From the human T2T-CHM13v2.0 reference genome, Homo sapiens: a stretch of 64,000 nucleotides of DNA. Position numbers and translations under genes: made by a program. The notes beneath the pieces are model-generated. The model was not told where the DNA came from and searched no databases. It was given only the letters and a program-made list of their open reading frames with translations. Shown piece after piece: positions 13,876 to 31,440 of the stretch. Each line of letters opens with the position of its first letter. The first letter of the stretch is position 1. The stretch lies in the NCBI RefSeq assembly GCF_009914755.1, contig NC_060932.1. One strand, written 5' to 3'.

Positions 13876-15199
13876 TTCTTTTGTATAATAGTTTATAAAG
13901 GGAATTCATGAACACTATGTGATTAATCCTTGGAACAACCCAACAGGTAGGTAAATAAAGCCTAATTTTATACCTAAAGAAACCATGCGGCTTAACTTGC
14001 CCAAAATAATAATGATTGTAATGAGCACTGGCTGTTGGTTTCTTATGTACTTGGTACTTTGCACGTATTAACCCAGTCAGTCCTCCTAACAGTTGTGAGA
14101 GAGATAGCATTCTTATCCCCATTTTACAGATGAGGAACCTGAAGCCCAGGTGATAAGTAGTTTATCCAAGGTATCATAGCTAGAAGTCGGGTGCAGGCAG
14201 TCTGGCTCCAGAGCCCCTGCTCTGTCCGCTGACCTAGCTGACTTCCCAAGAGTCAAAGTGGATTCTTCCCCAAGACCAACCAATTACAATGACTGAATCA
14301 GTCAGTCAACTTCGAACTGGGCTCCAAGAGAGAACGAACCATCATGCCTCTCTAAATCCTCATTTCTAGTTTGAATCTTCAAGGAGAGATGACACTAAGT
14401 AGCTAGTTTTGCTGGAATGGCTGATTTTATCAATGTTTTCGGTGTGTGAGTGTGTGTGTGTGTATATGTATAGAACTAAATTAAACTGATAATTTGAATG
14501 CTTACACTTCCATTAGTTCAATTTGTGTATGTGAGCCCTCACACACATACATACACACACACAAACTGTTCCAGAACAGTGACTTAGTGAAAAACTGGAT
14601 TTCCACTCTGTCAGACAAATTTCGGAAAGCACTGAAGTAGGGCATTTCTGATTGATTTTACCGTTCCCGGAATTTTATTTTCCTTTATCACTTAGACCCC
14701 TTCTGTGGGGATTTAATAAATAAACGTCTTTTGTAGTGTATGTTATTTCATTTTATTTTTATAATTTATATGAATTTTAATTTTAACTTGACAAATAAAA
14801 ATTATATATATTTATGGCATACAACATGATGTTTCATATGTGTGTACATTGTGGAATGACAAAATCAAGCTAATTAACACACTCGTTTCCTCACATACTG
14901 ATTTTAATGTGATGAGGACATGTCTAAAATCTACTCTTATAGCAATTTTCAAGTATACAATACATACTTATACACTGTAGATGCCAGGCTGTTCAATAGA
15001 TCTCTAGAACCATTCCTCTCTGAAATTTTGTATCATGAGACTATCATCTCTCCAGTCCCTCCCTGACCCCTGCCTCGGGTAACCACCGTTCTGCTCTCTA
15101 CAGCTATGAGTTGCATTGTTTGAGATTGCACATATAAGTGAGATCATGCAGTATTTGTCTTTTTGTGCTTGCTTTTTAAATCTTTATTATGTAATTATT

Positions 15200-15493
15200 T
15201 ATTTTTTGAGACAGGGTCTCAGTCTGTCACCCAGGCTGGAGTACAGTGACACAAACACGGCTCACTCACCACGGCCTCCACCTCCCGGGGTCGAGAGTTC
15301 CTCCCGCTTCAGCCTCCTGAATAGCTAGGACTACAGGCGTCCAACGCCACACTTGGCTAATTTTTGTGTTTCTTTTAGAGATGGGGTTTCACCATGTTGC
15401 CCAGGTTCATCTCCAACTCCTGGGCTCAACGCTTCCACCTGCCTTGGCCTCCCAAAGTACTGGGATTACAGGCATGAGCCACCGTGCCTGGCC
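15200..15493 (-). mobile_element. AluJ-like SINE, array copy
   Basis: Copy at +12,189. Confidence 0.9.
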
Positions 15494-15621
15494 TTTGCTT
15501 TCTTTCACTCAGTGTACCATCCTCTAGGCTCATTCGTGTTGCCAATGAGATGATTTCTTTCTTTTTTAAGGCTGAATTGTGTTCTATTGGGTATATGTAC
15601 CGCTTTTCTTTTTATGTTTAA

Positions 15622-15832
15622 TTTTTTTTGGTTTTTTGAGACAGAGTTTCGCTCGCGTCGCCCAGGCTGGAGTGCAGTGGCGTGATTTCGAGTCACTACA
15701 ACCTCTGCCTCCCAGGTTGAAGTGATTCTCCTGCCTCACCTGAGATTAGAGGCATGTACCGGCATGTCCGGCTAATTTTGTGTTTCTAGTAGAGATGGGG
15801 TTTCACCATGTTGGCCAGGCTGGTCTTGAACT
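15622..15832 (-). mobile_element. Truncated AluS-like SINE, array copy
   Basis: Copy at +12,189. Confidence 0.85.
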
Positions 15833-18272
15833 CAAACAATTCTAATTCAACTAATTTATTTTATAGAAATATTTATGTGTGAGAAACAATATTTTCAAGA
15901 GTCAAAGATTTAAAACTGCTTAATTGTACATCACTAAGTGGCTGGCTAATAAATTATAGTACGTTCATCCTTACGGAAGAATACTTTGCAGCTAAAACAG
16001 AACGAAAGAGAGGAAACTCTTCAAAATGTTAACTGGGAATGACGTTCAAGACTTATTGTTAAATAAAACAAATTGAGAAGAAGAGTCGTTTATTGGTACT
16101 AAATTTGTGTCAGTAAAAATGGATTCTATACGTGGGATGGTTTATAAGTATGTGGAAAAATTCTTTGATGGTTTTTCCTTGAAAAAGTGAAACCTAAATC
16201 CACTCCGTTTGGATGTGGGACTATTTACGGTTGTTGCTTCCTAAACATAAACTACGTTTAGGCTGATATTTCAGACAATGAAACCTTTGAGTGCCCGTAG
16301 CGGGATGATCTCGGTTGGTGAGTGCAGGGAAGGAGGATGTAATTCCATCATATATACTCTCTGTGCCTACCGCATTTGGAACCATGCGAGTGATACGTAT
16401 TTATAAAATAAAATAAACCAAGCACAAGTACGAACTTAGCAACACTATATTGAGTTAATAGAACGGTATCTTGTATTTCTTCTGTCCAGGTATACTTATA
16501 AATGCCTGCAGGGATTTCACCACCTCAGGGTGGAGAGACTGAATGCTTGTGAGGGAATTAGGATGGTGGAATATTGGTGTTACCAGGGAAGGGGGCGGGA
16601 TGTTTGAAAATGCTATGTTTACTCGTTCTTGGGTTCCAATAAAGGAGAAACAGGGCACAGGAGTCGGAAGGACTAGTGGCAATAGTGATGAAAGGACCTC
16701 CTTATCATGCTGGCAATGTTAATTACCCAGGTGTAGGAAGCCATACACTGAGGCGGAAGATCACAAGTCATAGTGGCCGGCAGGCACAACCTCCTGGCAC
16801 ACCAGAGGCAGGTCTTCAATACCCACTGGTTTCCCCAACAGGCTGCGTAAGGGACCCTGAGCCACAGTGAGTTGGTCAAATGCTCCTGACAGTGTGGAGA
16901 AACCAACAGGCAAAACGTGGGTGCAAAAGTGATGAGACCCCACACTTTACACTCGTGGTGACAATGAAGCTATTAAGTAACAGCTTCTCAACCTATGCTG
17001 TTTCCTGTTGGATGCACATAATCCATTTGCACTGCAGACAATTTTAGGATGTGGTTTATAGTAAGGTGGATGGTACCTTATGGCAAAAATCTCTCAGAAA
17101 TTTATGTGTGGTTTTAAAGTCATTCCAGTCCTAGCACGTTGTGCTTTTCAGAGACGCCATAGCTGTTTTTCCCTTTGTAATATCAAAGCAGTAATATCTT
17201 CTCTGGAGGCCTGTTGGGTGAATTTAATGGAATCAAGTTAAGTAGGTGCCAGAACCATTGCTGTTTTCCCTCCATAGCCCTGCCACCCACTGTAAAAAGG
17301 TTGATGAGATTACTTAATGATTTCCAATTAAGTTGTATTTCCAAATATCATGATTTCCATTTTAATGTAGTTGGTATGGAGCTCTGTGAGTGTGTGCTTC
17401 TTTTATTATGGATCACGTTCAGCTTCTTTTTATTTGCCTCCTAGTCATAATAGTAAAACTCTACTCCTCTACTCCGAGGAGTCCCTACCACCCATCTCAT
17501 CACTTTCCAGCCCAGCACTCTTCATGCTCATTCATTTAAAGCATTCAACATTGTGTAAATGAATCTTGGAAGGCAAAAGCTACTGAATTTAGCGAATTTG
17601 TGGAGGCATTGCCACAAATCAGCCAGGTGAAGTTTCACACAATCGAAGACTGCACAACTCCTAGAAGGCAGCACTATGCTGCAAACCCAGACGGCCACTC
17701 TTCTCACCCCTCGTCCGTTTGCTGTTCTGGATAATGAGGTTCAAAAGTCACCTAGGCAACTGCCAAAATAGCTGAAATGGAGAAAGGGCTTCAGGCTGGT
17801 GACTAGCAGAGGTCCACCTGACCCCCGTAAGCTGCTGAACAAGTAGGGCTGCCAGAAATGTCCCACTAGGGAATTTGGTAGAGACGAAGACATGCTCACC
17901 GGACAAGGGTTCCTCCCAGGATACGCCCGAGCGGAAGAAGCGGGCTCTGAGCCACGCCCTTTCACCCTCCTCTACCCCGCCCTGGGCTGGTGAAGGTGCG
18001 CGCCAGGATGTGGACTACTGAGCCCTGAAGAAATAAGTCCTTCCACTTTGACCCCATGGAGGATTGCCTGTGAGGAACTTAAACGAGTCTACCAGTGTCT
18101 AGACACGGGGGCAGGTCTGTCCGGCACAGCAGCTCCCTCAAGGAGGAGAAGAGTGAGGAGAAAGGAAACTCAAGTCTCACCATTCTGTCCTGGGAGAGAA
18201 GAGGAGGATCTCATCTCTCATCTGTCCAAACAAGGCAAGGAGACTTTCTCTCATCTTTCCAAGCAAGGCAAG

Positions 18273-19161
18273 GAGACTTTTTATCATTAGGAAACAAAAA
18301 GAATTTAGAAGGAATGAAAGCAGCCCGTAAGGTGAATTCCTAAGGACTGCCCATTGAAACTGACAAAATTGCCCTTGTTTGATGAGAGGAATGAGCAGAG
18401 CATTGATGTGGTGAACAAGGATCTAGTGAGACTTTCCCAGCATGTTTCTACCAAAGCTTTATCTAAGCTTCTCAGAACACTCTCCTAATAAGCAGATGTT
18501 TGGCCTTTCAGAAAGTCAACAAGCAAAATGCCTTGAGTGTCCCAAAACACTGATGCCATGATGTGGGCTCCTGACTGGCCTCTTTTTCCTTTGACTGGAC
18601 CACTGCCACCTCTTGGTAGCCATCGCTTTCATGATGCTTTGCCTTGGAGATCATATTGGTGAAGCCATGTTCCAACTGCCGCTTACAATTTGTCAGAGGG
18701 ATGCGTCAGGATCGTTATCCCTCCTGTTTAAAATTTCCACTGATAGCTCTCGTCGTAACTGCGGCTGATCTGGGCACAGTGGTTTTCACAGCCACTGCAG
18801 GATTCATCTTCCACATCTTCTCACCTCTTCTTGAAACAAGCTATACATTCGTAAAGAGTTCATTTCTTTGGGGTAGTGTCCTTACAAGCTTTTCTTAAAA
18901 CGTCAATGATTTCTTCAATCTTCCACCCAAGCTTCACCATAAATTTGATGTTTCCTCTTGCTGCAATTTTCGTGGAATTCATGTTGCTCTGATGAGAGTC
19001 CTTTTCAGTGGATGTCTCATCCTTCTTAGTGCCTCAAACTAGATCTAGTTCAGAAAGGTTATCAGAAGTTAGGACAAGTTTATTTTAGTGCAAACCAGTG
19101 GAAATCCATGCATAGTTTCTTCACCATGTGCATTTTCTATGAACCTTTGGAAGACCACCTG
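18273..19161 (-). mobile_element. Hsmar2 remnant, array copy
   Basis: Copy of 6084-6972. Confidence 0.88.
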
Positions 19162-19550
19162 TGTTGAACATTGCCCAAGTCCTGGGAGAGAAGTGGGTGC
19201 GGTCCGCTTCCTGTCCTCAATTTGCCCGCAGCGGCGGAGTGCACAGAGCAGGGAAAGGCAGCCCCAGAGGGATCCCGCCCTCCAGCATGCAGCAGACTGC
19301 TGGCCCAGTCCTGGCTCCAAGGGGTGCTGTGTGGGCCCAAGCAAGTTGACCAACCTCCCTGAACCTTAATTTAATCCTAGGTAGCCCAATTCCAGTAGCC
19401 ATTATAGGACTGCCCTGCAGGGACAGTTACTTAACTCAGGAAAAGCAACCTAGCTCCAAGTTTAGCAACCGGGAGTTCCAGTTGATTCCATTAGCGCACC
19501 CCCTGAGGCATTCCCAAGCTGGAGTCTGGTGGAAGATGAGGCTCAGTGTG

Positions 19551-19643
19551 ATTGGACTGAAGCACCAACCTATCAAGGAGAAGTCGCACCCAGTCTGCCC
19601 TGTGCCTATATAAAGGCGACAAGTGGCGGCCGCAGCACTCATT
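19551..19643 (+). promoter_or_regulatory. CCAAT/TATA promoter of copy 2
   Basis: Same motifs; TATATAAAGG at 19607-19616. Confidence 0.7.
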
Positions 19644-19699
19644 GAAGCCGCCAGTTGGGAGAGGAGCAGAGCCAGGCCGGTGCTCCCGAAGGCAGCAAG

Positions 19700-21727
19700 A
19701 TGTTGCGAGCCACAGCTCCCTGCTGGTTCCCCCCTGGATACCCAGAAGCTAAGAAGGTGGCCGAGGAGGCGGCCCTGGAGGCAAGCCGCCATTTGGGAGG
19801 GGAGCAGAGCCAGGCCGGTGCTCCCGAAGGCAGCAAGATGTTGCGAGCCACAGCTCCCTGCTGGTTCCGCCCTGGATACCCAGAAGCTAAGAAGCTGGCC
19901 AAGGAGGCGGCCCCGGAGGCAAGCCGCCATTTGGGAGCGGAGCAGAGCCCGGCCGGTGCTCCCGAAGGCAGCAAGATGTTGCGAGCCACAGCTCCCTGCT
20001 GGTTCCCACCTGGATACCCAGAAGCTAAGAAGGTGGCCGAGGAGGCGGCCCTCGAGGCTCCAGAATTCCCACTGCCCTCTCATCAGCCTGCCCAGAGCTT
20101 CGGGCTCTGGGTGCCCCAGATGCACAAGCAGGCCTCAGCATTTGTGGACATCCAGGCGGAGCCCCAGAACAGGGGTCCGGCGGTGCCCCCAGCGTGGCCC
20201 AAGATGGTGACGGAGTCGTGCTACTTCCCTGCGCAGAGGGGATCGGCCTGCCGCTTGCCAGCCGCCCCAAGGCTGACAGAGAGGCCCTCGGGAGTCCGCA
20301 TCTCAGCCCCCAGGAAGAGGAAGACGATCGCCCACTCTTCCAGCCCTTGCTTGGTCACAGGTTACACAGATGCCAAGAGAACCCGGGTGGCCAGCAGCAG
20401 CCAACGCTCCCGTGGCTCCAAGGTCGGCAGACAGCCAGGGAAGACGCGCAACAGGTCAGGGATGGCATGCAAGACCACCGCCACCACCAGCTCTAAGCGA
20501 ATCGTCCGTCGTCCATCCTTACCGAGTTTGAGTTTGAAGAAACCCATTATCCTCCGAAGCTCTGGGTGCCAAGTCCCCACCGTCCTCCGCCGAGGCTATC
20601 TCCAACTGTTCACCGAAGAGTGTCTCAAGTTCTGCGCCTCCAAGCAGGAGGCCGAGGAGAAGGCGCTGAACGAGGAGAAGGTGGCCTACGACTGCAGCCC
20701 CAACAAGAACAGGTACCTGAACGTGGTCCTGAACACCCTCAAGAGACTGAAGGGCCTGACCCCCAGCTCCATGCCCGGCCTCAGCAGGGCCGCCCTGTAC
20801 AGCCGCCTCCAGGAGTTCCTGCTCACCCAGGACCAGCTCAAGGAGAACGGCTACCCCTTCCCGCACCCCGAGCGGCCCGGAGGCGCCGTCCTCTTCACTG
20901 GCCAGGGGAAGGGGCCCGGCGACTCCTCCTGCAGGGTCTGCTGCCGTTGTGGCACCGAGTACCTGGTGTCCTCCTCGGGCCGCTGTGTACGCGACCAGTT
21001 GTGTTATTATCACTGGGGGCGGGTCCGCTCGAGCCAGGTGGCTGGAGGCCGGGTTAGCCAGTACACCTGCTGTGCAGCTGCTCCTGGCTCTGTGGGCTGC
21101 CAGGTGGCAAAGCAGCACGTGCGGGACGGCCGCAAGGAGAGCCTCGATGGCTTCGTGGAGACCTTCAAGAAAGAGTTGTCCAGAGACGCTTATCCAGGAA
21201 TCTACGCCTTGGACTGTGAGATGTGCTACACCACGCATGGCCTAGAGCTGACCCGCGTCACCGTGGTGGACGCCGACATGCGAGTGGTGTACGACACCTT
21301 CGTCAAGCCCGACAACGAGATCGTGGACTACAACACCAGGTTTTCCGGAGTCACCGAGGCCGACGTCGCCAAGACGAGCATCACGTTGCCCCAAGTCCAA
21401 GCCATCCTGCTGAGCTTTTTCAGCGCCCAAACCATCCTCATCGGGCACAGCCTGGAGAGCGACCTGCTGGCCCTGAAGCTCATCCACAGCACCGTGGTGG
21501 ACACGGCCGTGCTCTTCCCGCACTACCTGGGTTTCCCCTACAAGCGCTCCCTCAGGAATCTCGCGGCCGACTACCTGGCACAGATCATCCAGGACAGCCA
21601 GGACGGCCACAACTCCAGCGAGGACGCAAACGCCTGCCTGCAGCTGGTGATGTGGAAGGTCCGACAGCGCGCCCAGATCCAGCCACGCCACCGGTCCGCC
21701 TCTCCCGCCGCCCTGGCCTGTCCTTAG
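19700..21727 (+). CDS. REXO1L1: REXO1-like exonuclease GOR, copy 2
   Basis: Translation appears identical to copy 1. Confidence 0.9.
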   Translation: MLRATAPCWFPPGYPEAKKVAEEAALEASRHLGGEQSQAGAPEGSKMLRATAPCWFRPGYPEAKKLAKEAAPEASRHLGAEQSPAGAPEGSKMLRATAPCWFPPGYPEAKKVAEEAALEAPEFPLPSHQPAQSFGLWVPQMHKQASAFVDIQAEPQNRGPAVPPAWPKMVTESCYFPAQRGSACRLPAAPRLTERPSGVRISAPRKRKTIAHSSSPCLVTGYTDAKRTRVASSSQRSRGSKVGRQPGKTRNRSGMACKTTATTSSKRIVRRPSLPSLSLKKPIILRSSGCQVPTVLRRGYLQLFTEECLKFCASKQEAEEKALNEEKVAYDCSPNKNRYLNVVLNTLKRLKGLTPSSMPGLSRAALYSRLQEFLLTQDQLKENGYPFPHPERPGGAVLFTGQGKGPGDSSCRVCCRCGTEYLVSSSGRCVRDQLCYYHWGRVRSSQVAGGRVSQYTCCAAAPGSVGCQVAKQHVRDGRKESLDGFVETFKKELSRDAYPGIYALDCEMCYTTHGLELTRVTVVDADMRVVYDTFVKPDNEIVDYNTRFSGVTEADVAKTSITLPQVQAILLSFFSAQTILIGHSLESDLLALKLIHSTVVDTAVLFPHYLGFPYKRSLRNLAADYLAQIIQDSQDGHNSSEDANACLQLVMWKVRQRAQIQPRHRSASPAALACP

Positions 21728-22291
21728 CCCCAGGCCTCTTCCAAAACCGCCATCAGTCCCGAGAGCTCACCCTGCCCACCTCGCCGCAAAGCGAAAGAAA
21801 CTGGAGCAGCCGGCGGCAGGAGAGGGCAAAAAGCCAAGAGTAACCCCAACCCCCCACTCCCGGTCCCCCGGAATCCCTGCCGCGGCCCCTCGGGCCTGTC
21901 CACATCCCTCTGCCCCTCCCAGACCTCTGTCCTTCCACCAATCGCCTCCCGCAGCCCCGAGCCGCCACTCCCAGTCCCCCGAGTCCCTGCCGCGCGCCCT
22001 CGCGCCTGTCCACATCCCTCTGCCCATCCGAGACCTCTGTCCTTACACCACTAGCCACCCCACGTGGGACTTCCTTGGCTTCTGAGTACAAGGCCAGCCC
22101 CCCGGCCCACCAGCTTTCGGAATGCCTGCTTACCTCTTTTTCTGTAGAGGCACCACAGGGAGGTGGGTGAAGCACTTCGGCTCTGGAGTTACAGATCTGG
22201 GTTCAAGGCCAAATTCCACCACTTACTAGGTTTGTAATATTGGACAGATAACGTCTTTGCGCTTCTACCTTTTGGTCTTTAAAGTGTGATC

Positions 22292-25954
<3,663 letters not shown>

Positions 25955-26785
25955 TGGAAAACGAAAGTGTGATCCTAATGTCATGGTGCGGACTGAATGA
26001 AGCAGCACATGGCAAGCCTTAAAACGATCGCACATAGTAGGTGTTCAATTAATGTTAACTATATTTCTTTTCTATAATAGTTTATAAAGGGAATTCATGA
26101 ACACTATGTGATTAATCCTTGGAACAACCCAACAGGTAGGTAAATAAAGCCTAATTTTATACCTAAAGAAACCATGCGGCTTAACTTGCCCAAAATAATA
26201 ATGATTGTAATGAGCACTGGCTGTTGGTTTCTTATGTACTTGGTACTTTGCACGTATTAACCCAGTCAGTCCTCCTAACAGTTGTGAGAGAGATAGCATT
26301 CTTATCCCCATTTTACAGATGAGGAACCTGAAGCCCAGGTGATAAGTAGTTTATCCAAGGTATCATAGCTAGAAGTCGGGTGCAGGCAGTCTGGCTCCAG
26401 AGCCCCTGCTCTGTCCGCTGACCTAGCTGACTTCCCAAGAGTCAAAGTGGATTCTTCCCCAAGACCAACCAATTACAATGACTGAATCAGTCAGTCAACT
26501 TCGAACTGGGCTCCAAGAGAGAACGAACCATCATGCCTCTCTAAATCCTCATTTCTAGTTTGAATCTTCAAGGAGAGATAGACACTAAGTAGCTAGTTTT
26601 GCTGGAATGGCTGATTTTATCAATGTTTTCGGTGTGTGAGTGTGTGTGTGTGTATATGTATAGAACTAAATTAAACTGATAATTTGAATGCTTACACTTC
26701 CATTAGTTCAATTTGTGTATGTGAGCCCTCACACACATACATACACACACAGAAACTGTTCCAGAACAGTGACTTAGTGAAAAAC

Positions 26786-26797
26786 TGGATTTGCCCT
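26786..26797. other. Inversion junction of the array
   Basis: Forward unit sequence aaaactggattt (normally followed by ccactct) is joined to minus-strand L1 ORF2 tttgccctaaatag (normally preceded by gtggg); TTT at 26790-26792 is shared. Confidence 0.95.
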
Positions 26798-28310
26798 AAA
26801 TAGCCCTTATTATTTTGAGGTATGTCCCATCAGTACCTAATTTATTGAGAGTTTTTGGCATGAAAGGCTGTTGAATTTTGTCAAAGGCCTTTTCTGCATC
26901 TGTTGAGATAATCACGCGGTTTCTGTCTTTGGTTCCGATTATATGCTGGATTATGTTTATTGATTTGCATATGTTGGACCAGCCTTGCATGTCAGGGATG
27001 AAGCCCACTTGATCATAATGGATAAGCTCTTTGATGTGCTGCTGGATTCGGTTTGCCAGCATTTTATGGAGGATTTTTCCATCGGTGTTCCTCAGGGATA
27101 TGGGCCGAAAATTCTCTTTGTTGGTTGTGTCTCTCTCAGCCTTTGGGATCAGGATGATGCTGGCCTCATAAAATGAGATAGGGAGGATTCCCTCTTTTTC
27201 TGTTGATTGGAATAGTTTCCGAAGGAATGGTACCAGCTCCTCCTTGTACTTCTGGTAGAATTCGGCTGTGAATCCGTCTGGTCCTGGAGTTTTATTGCTT
27301 GATAGGCTATTAATTATTGCCTCAATTTCAGAGCCTGTTATTGGTCTATTCAGGCATTCAACTTCTTCCTGGTTTACTCTGGGGAGGTTGCATGTGTCCA
27401 GGAATTTATTCATTTCTTCTAGATTTCCGAGTTTGTTTGCCTAGAGGTGTTGACAGTATTCTCTCATGGTAGTTTGTACTTCTGTGGGATCAGTGGTGAT
27501 ATCCCCTTTATCATTTTTTATTGCATCTGCTTGATTCTTCTTCCTTTCATTCTTTAATAGTCTTGCTAGTGGTCTATCAATTTTGTTGATGGTTTCAAAA
27601 AACCCGCTCCTGGATTCATTGATTTTTTGAAGGGTTTTTTGGGTCTCTATCTCCTTCAGTTCTGCTCGGATCTTAGTTATTTCTTGCCTTCTGCTAGCTT
27701 TTGAATGTGTTTGCTCTTGCTTCTCTCATCCTTTTAATGGTGATGTTAGGGTATGCATTTTTGATCTTTCCTGCTTTCCCTTGTGGGCGTTTAGTGCTAT
27801 AAATTTCCCTCTACACACTGCTTAAAATGTGTCCCAGAGATTCTGGTATGTTGTGTCTTTGTTCTCATTGCTTTCAGAGAATATCTTTATTTCTGCCTTC
27901 ATTTCGTTATGTACCCAGTACTCATTCAGGAACAGCTTGTCCGGTTTCCATGCAGTTGTGCGGTTTTGAGTGAGTTTCTCAATCCTGAGGTCTAGTGTGA
28001 TTGCAATGTGGTCTGAGAGACCGTTTGTAATAATTTCTGTTATTTTACTTTTACTGAGGAGTGCTTTACTTCCAACTATGTGGTCAATGTGGAAATAAGT
28101 GTGATGTGGTGCTGAGAAGAATGTATATTCTGTTGATTTGGGGTGGAGCGTTCTGTACATGTCTCCTAGGTCCGCTTGGTGCAGAGCTGAGCTCAATTCC
28201 CGGATATCCTTTTTTAACTTTCTGTCTCGTTGGTGTGTCTAATGTTGACAGTGGGGTGTTAAGTTTGCCATTATTATTATTATTACTATGTGGGAGTCTA
28301 AGTCTCTTTT
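26790..28310 (-). mobile_element. L1PA array copy cut inside the RT region by the inversion junction
   Basis: Only ~1.5 kb of the 5' part remains; ends just after YLKIIRAI*. Confidence 0.95.
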
Positions 28311-28874
28311 GATCACACTTTAAAGACCAAAAGGTAGAAGCGCAAAGACGTTATCTGTCCAATATTACAAACCTAGTAAGTGGTGGAATTTGGCCTTGAA
28401 CCCAGATCTGTAACTCCAGAGCCGAAGTGCTTCACCCACCTCCCTGTGGTGCCTCTACAGAAAAAGAGGTAAGCAGGCATTCCGAAAGCTGGTGGGCCGG
28501 GGGGCTGGCCTTGTACTCAGAAGCCATGGAAGTCCCACGTGGGGTGGCTAGTGGTGTAAGGACAGAGGTCTCGGATGGGCAGAGGGATGTGGACAGGCGC
28601 GAGGGCGCGCGGCAGGGACTCGGGGGACTGGGAGTGGCGGCTCGGGGCTGCGGGAGGCGATTGGTGGAAGGACAGAGGTCTGGGAGGGGCAGAGGGATGT
28701 GGACAGGCCCGAGGGGCCGCGGCAGGGATTCCGGGGGACCGGGAGTGGGGGGTTGGGGTTACTCTTGGCTTTTTGCCCTCTCCTGCCGCCGGCTGCTCCA
28801 GTTTCTTTCGCCTTGCGGCGAGGTGGGCAGGGTGAGCTCTCGGGACTGATGGCGGTTTTGGAAGAGGCCTGGGG

Positions 28875-30902
28875 CTAAGGACAGGCCAGGGCGGCGGGAG
28901 AGGCGGACCGGTGGCGTGGCTGGATCTGGGCGCGCTGTCGGACCTTCCACATCACCAGCTGCAGGCAGGCGTTTGCGTCCTCGCTGGAGTTGTGGCCGTC
29001 CTGGCTGTCCTGGATGATCTGTGCCAGGTAGTCGGCCGCGAGATTCCTGAGGGAGCGCTTGTAGGGGAAACCCAGGTAGTGCGGGAAGAGCACGGCCGTG
29101 TCCACCACGGTGCTGTGGATGAGCTTCAGGGCCAGCAGGTCGCTCTCCAGGCTGTGCCCGATGAGGATGGTTTGGGCGCTGAAAAAGCTCAGCAGGATGG
29201 CTTGGACTTGGGGCAACGTGATGCTCGTCTTGGCGACGTCGGCCTCGGTGACTCCGGAAAACCTGGTGTTGTAGTCCACGATCTCGTTGTCGGGCTTGAC
29301 GAAGGTGTCGTACACCACTCGCATGTCGGCGTCCACCACGGTGACGCGGGTCAGCTCTAGGCCATGCGTGGTGTAGCACATCTCACAGTCCAAGGCGTAG
29401 ATTCCTGGATAAGCGTCTCTGGACAACTCTTTCTTGAAGGTCTCCACGAAGCCATCGAGGCTCTCCTTGCGGCCGTCCCGCACGTGCTGCTTTGCCACCT
29501 GGCAGCCCACAGAGCCAGGAGCAGCTGCACAGCAGGTGTACTGGCTAACCCGGCCTCCAGCCACCTGGCTCGAGCGGACCCGCCCCCAGTGATAATAACA
29601 CAACTGGTCGCGTACACAGCGGCCCGAGGAGGACACCAGGTACTCGGTGCCACAACGGCAGCAGACCCTGCAGGAGGAGTCGCCGGGCCCCTTCCCCTGG
29701 CCAGTGAAGAGGACGGCGCCTCCGGGCCGCTCGGGGCGCGGGAAGGGGTAGCCGTTCTCCTTGAGCTGGTCCTGGGTGAGCAGGAACTCCTGGAGGCGGC
29801 TGTACAGGGCGGCCCTGCTGAGGCCGGGCATGGAGCTGGGGGTCAGGCCCTTCAGTCTCTTGAGGGTGTTCAGGACCACGTTCAGGTACCTGTTCTTGTT
29901 GGGGCTGCAGTCGTAGGCCACCTTCTCCTCGTTCAGCGCCTTCTCCTCGGCCTCCTGCTTGGAGGCGCAGAACTTGAGACACTCTTCGGTGAACAGTTGG
30001 AGATAGCCTCGGCGGAGGACGGTGGGGACTTGGCACCCAGAGCTTCGGAGGATAATGGGTTTCTTCAAACTCAAACTCGGTAAGGATGCACGACGGACGA
30101 TTCGCTTAGAGCTGGTGGTGGCGGTGGTCTTGCATGCCATCCCTGACCTGTTGCGCGTCTTCCCTGGCTGTCTGCCGACCTTGGAGCCACGGGAGCGTTG
30201 GCTGCTGCTGGCCACCCGGGTTCTCTTGGCATCTGTGTAACCTGTGACCAAGCAAGGGCTGGAAGAGTGGGCGATCGTCTTCCTCTTCCTGGGGGCTGAG
30301 ATGCGGACTCCCGAGGGCCTCTCTGTCAGCCTTGGGGCGGCTGGCAAGCGGCAGGCCGATCCCCTCTGCGCAGGGAAGTAGCACGACTCCGTCACCATCT
30401 TGGGCCACGCTGGGGGCACCGCCGGACCCCTGTTCTGGGGCTCCGCCTGGATGTCCACAAATGCTGAGGCCTGCTTGTGCATCTGGGGCACCCAGAGCCC
30501 GAAGCTCTGGGCAGGCTGATGAGAGGGCAGTGGGAATTCTGGAGCCTCGAGGGCCGCCTCCTCGGCCACCTTCTTAGCTTCTGGGTATCCAGGTGGGAAC
30601 CAGCAGGGAGCTGTGGCTCGCAACATCTTGCTGCCTTCGGGAGCACCGGCCGGGCTCTGCTCCGCTCCCAAATGGCGGCTTGCCTCCGGGGCCGCCTCCT
30701 TGGCCACCTTCTTAGCTTCTGGGTATCCAGGGCGGAACCAGCAGGGAGCTGTGGCTCGCAACATCTTGCTGCCTTCGGGAGCACCGGCCTGGCTCTGCTC
30801 CCCTCCCAAATGGCGGCTTGCCTCCAGGGCCGCCTCCTCGGCCACCTTCTTAGCTTCTGGGTATCCAGGGGGGAACCAGCAGGGAGCTGTGGCTCGCAAC
30901 AT
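28875..30902 (-). CDS. REXO1L1: REXO1-like exonuclease GOR, copy 3 (next to junction)
   Basis: Intact ORF with variants KVAKE, RRAS and a private PFPRPE (H>R). Confidence 0.9.
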   Translation of the reverse strand: MLRATAPCWFPPGYPEAKKVAEEAALEASRHLGGEQSQAGAPEGSKMLRATAPCWFRPGYPEAKKVAKEAAPEASRHLGAEQSPAGAPEGSKMLRATAPCWFPPGYPEAKKVAEEAALEAPEFPLPSHQPAQSFGLWVPQMHKQASAFVDIQAEPQNRGPAVPPAWPKMVTESCYFPAQRGSACRLPAAPRLTERPSGVRISAPRKRKTIAHSSSPCLVTGYTDAKRTRVASSSQRSRGSKVGRQPGKTRNRSGMACKTTATTSSKRIVRRASLPSLSLKKPIILRSSGCQVPTVLRRGYLQLFTEECLKFCASKQEAEEKALNEEKVAYDCSPNKNRYLNVVLNTLKRLKGLTPSSMPGLSRAALYSRLQEFLLTQDQLKENGYPFPRPERPGGAVLFTGQGKGPGDSSCRVCCRCGTEYLVSSSGRCVRDQLCYYHWGRVRSSQVAGGRVSQYTCCAAAPGSVGCQVAKQHVRDGRKESLDGFVETFKKELSRDAYPGIYALDCEMCYTTHGLELTRVTVVDADMRVVYDTFVKPDNEIVDYNTRFSGVTEADVAKTSITLPQVQAILLSFFSAQTILIGHSLESDLLALKLIHSTVVDTAVLFPHYLGFPYKRSLRNLAADYLAQIIQDSQDGHNSSEDANACLQLVMWKVRQRAQIQPRHRSASPAALACP

Positions 30903-30958
30903 CTTGCTGCCTTCGGGAGCACCGGCCTGGCTCTGCTCCTCTCCCAACTGGCGGCTTC

Positions 30959-31051
30959 AATGAGTGCTGCGGCCGCCACTTGTCGCCTTTATATAGGCAC
31001 AGGGCAGACTGGGTGGGACTTCTCCTTGATAGGTTGGTGCTTCAGTCCAAT
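30959..31051 (-). promoter_or_regulatory. CCAAT/TATA promoter of copy 3
   Basis: cctttatata at 30986-30995 and ccaat at 31047-31051. Confidence 0.7.
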
Positions 31052-31440
31052 CACACTGAGCCTCATCTTCCACCAGACTCCAGCTTGGGAATGCCTCAGG
31101 GGGTGCGCTAATGGAATCAACTGGAACTCCCGGTTGCTAAACTTGGAGCTAGGTTGCTTTTCCTGAGTTAAGTAACTGTCCCTGCAGGGCAGTCCTATAA
31201 TGGCTACTGGAATTGGGCTACCTAGGATTAAATTAAGGTTCAGGGAGGTTGGTCAACTTGCTTGGGCCCACACAGCACCCCTTGGAGCCAGGACTGGGCC
31301 AGCAGTCTGCTGCATGCTGGAGGGCGGGATCCCTCTGGGGCTGCCTTTCCCTGCTCTGTGCACTCCGCCGCTGCGGGCAAATTGAGGACAGGAAGCGGAC
31401 CGCACCCACTTCTCTCCCAGGACTTGGGCAATGTTCAACA

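Noticed and set aside
26700-26900. Inversion as a read fold-back or assembly artefact
   Set aside because: The 3-kb spacer, microhomology junction and distinct variants in the two arms argue for a real structure, though raw-read confirmation is still needed.
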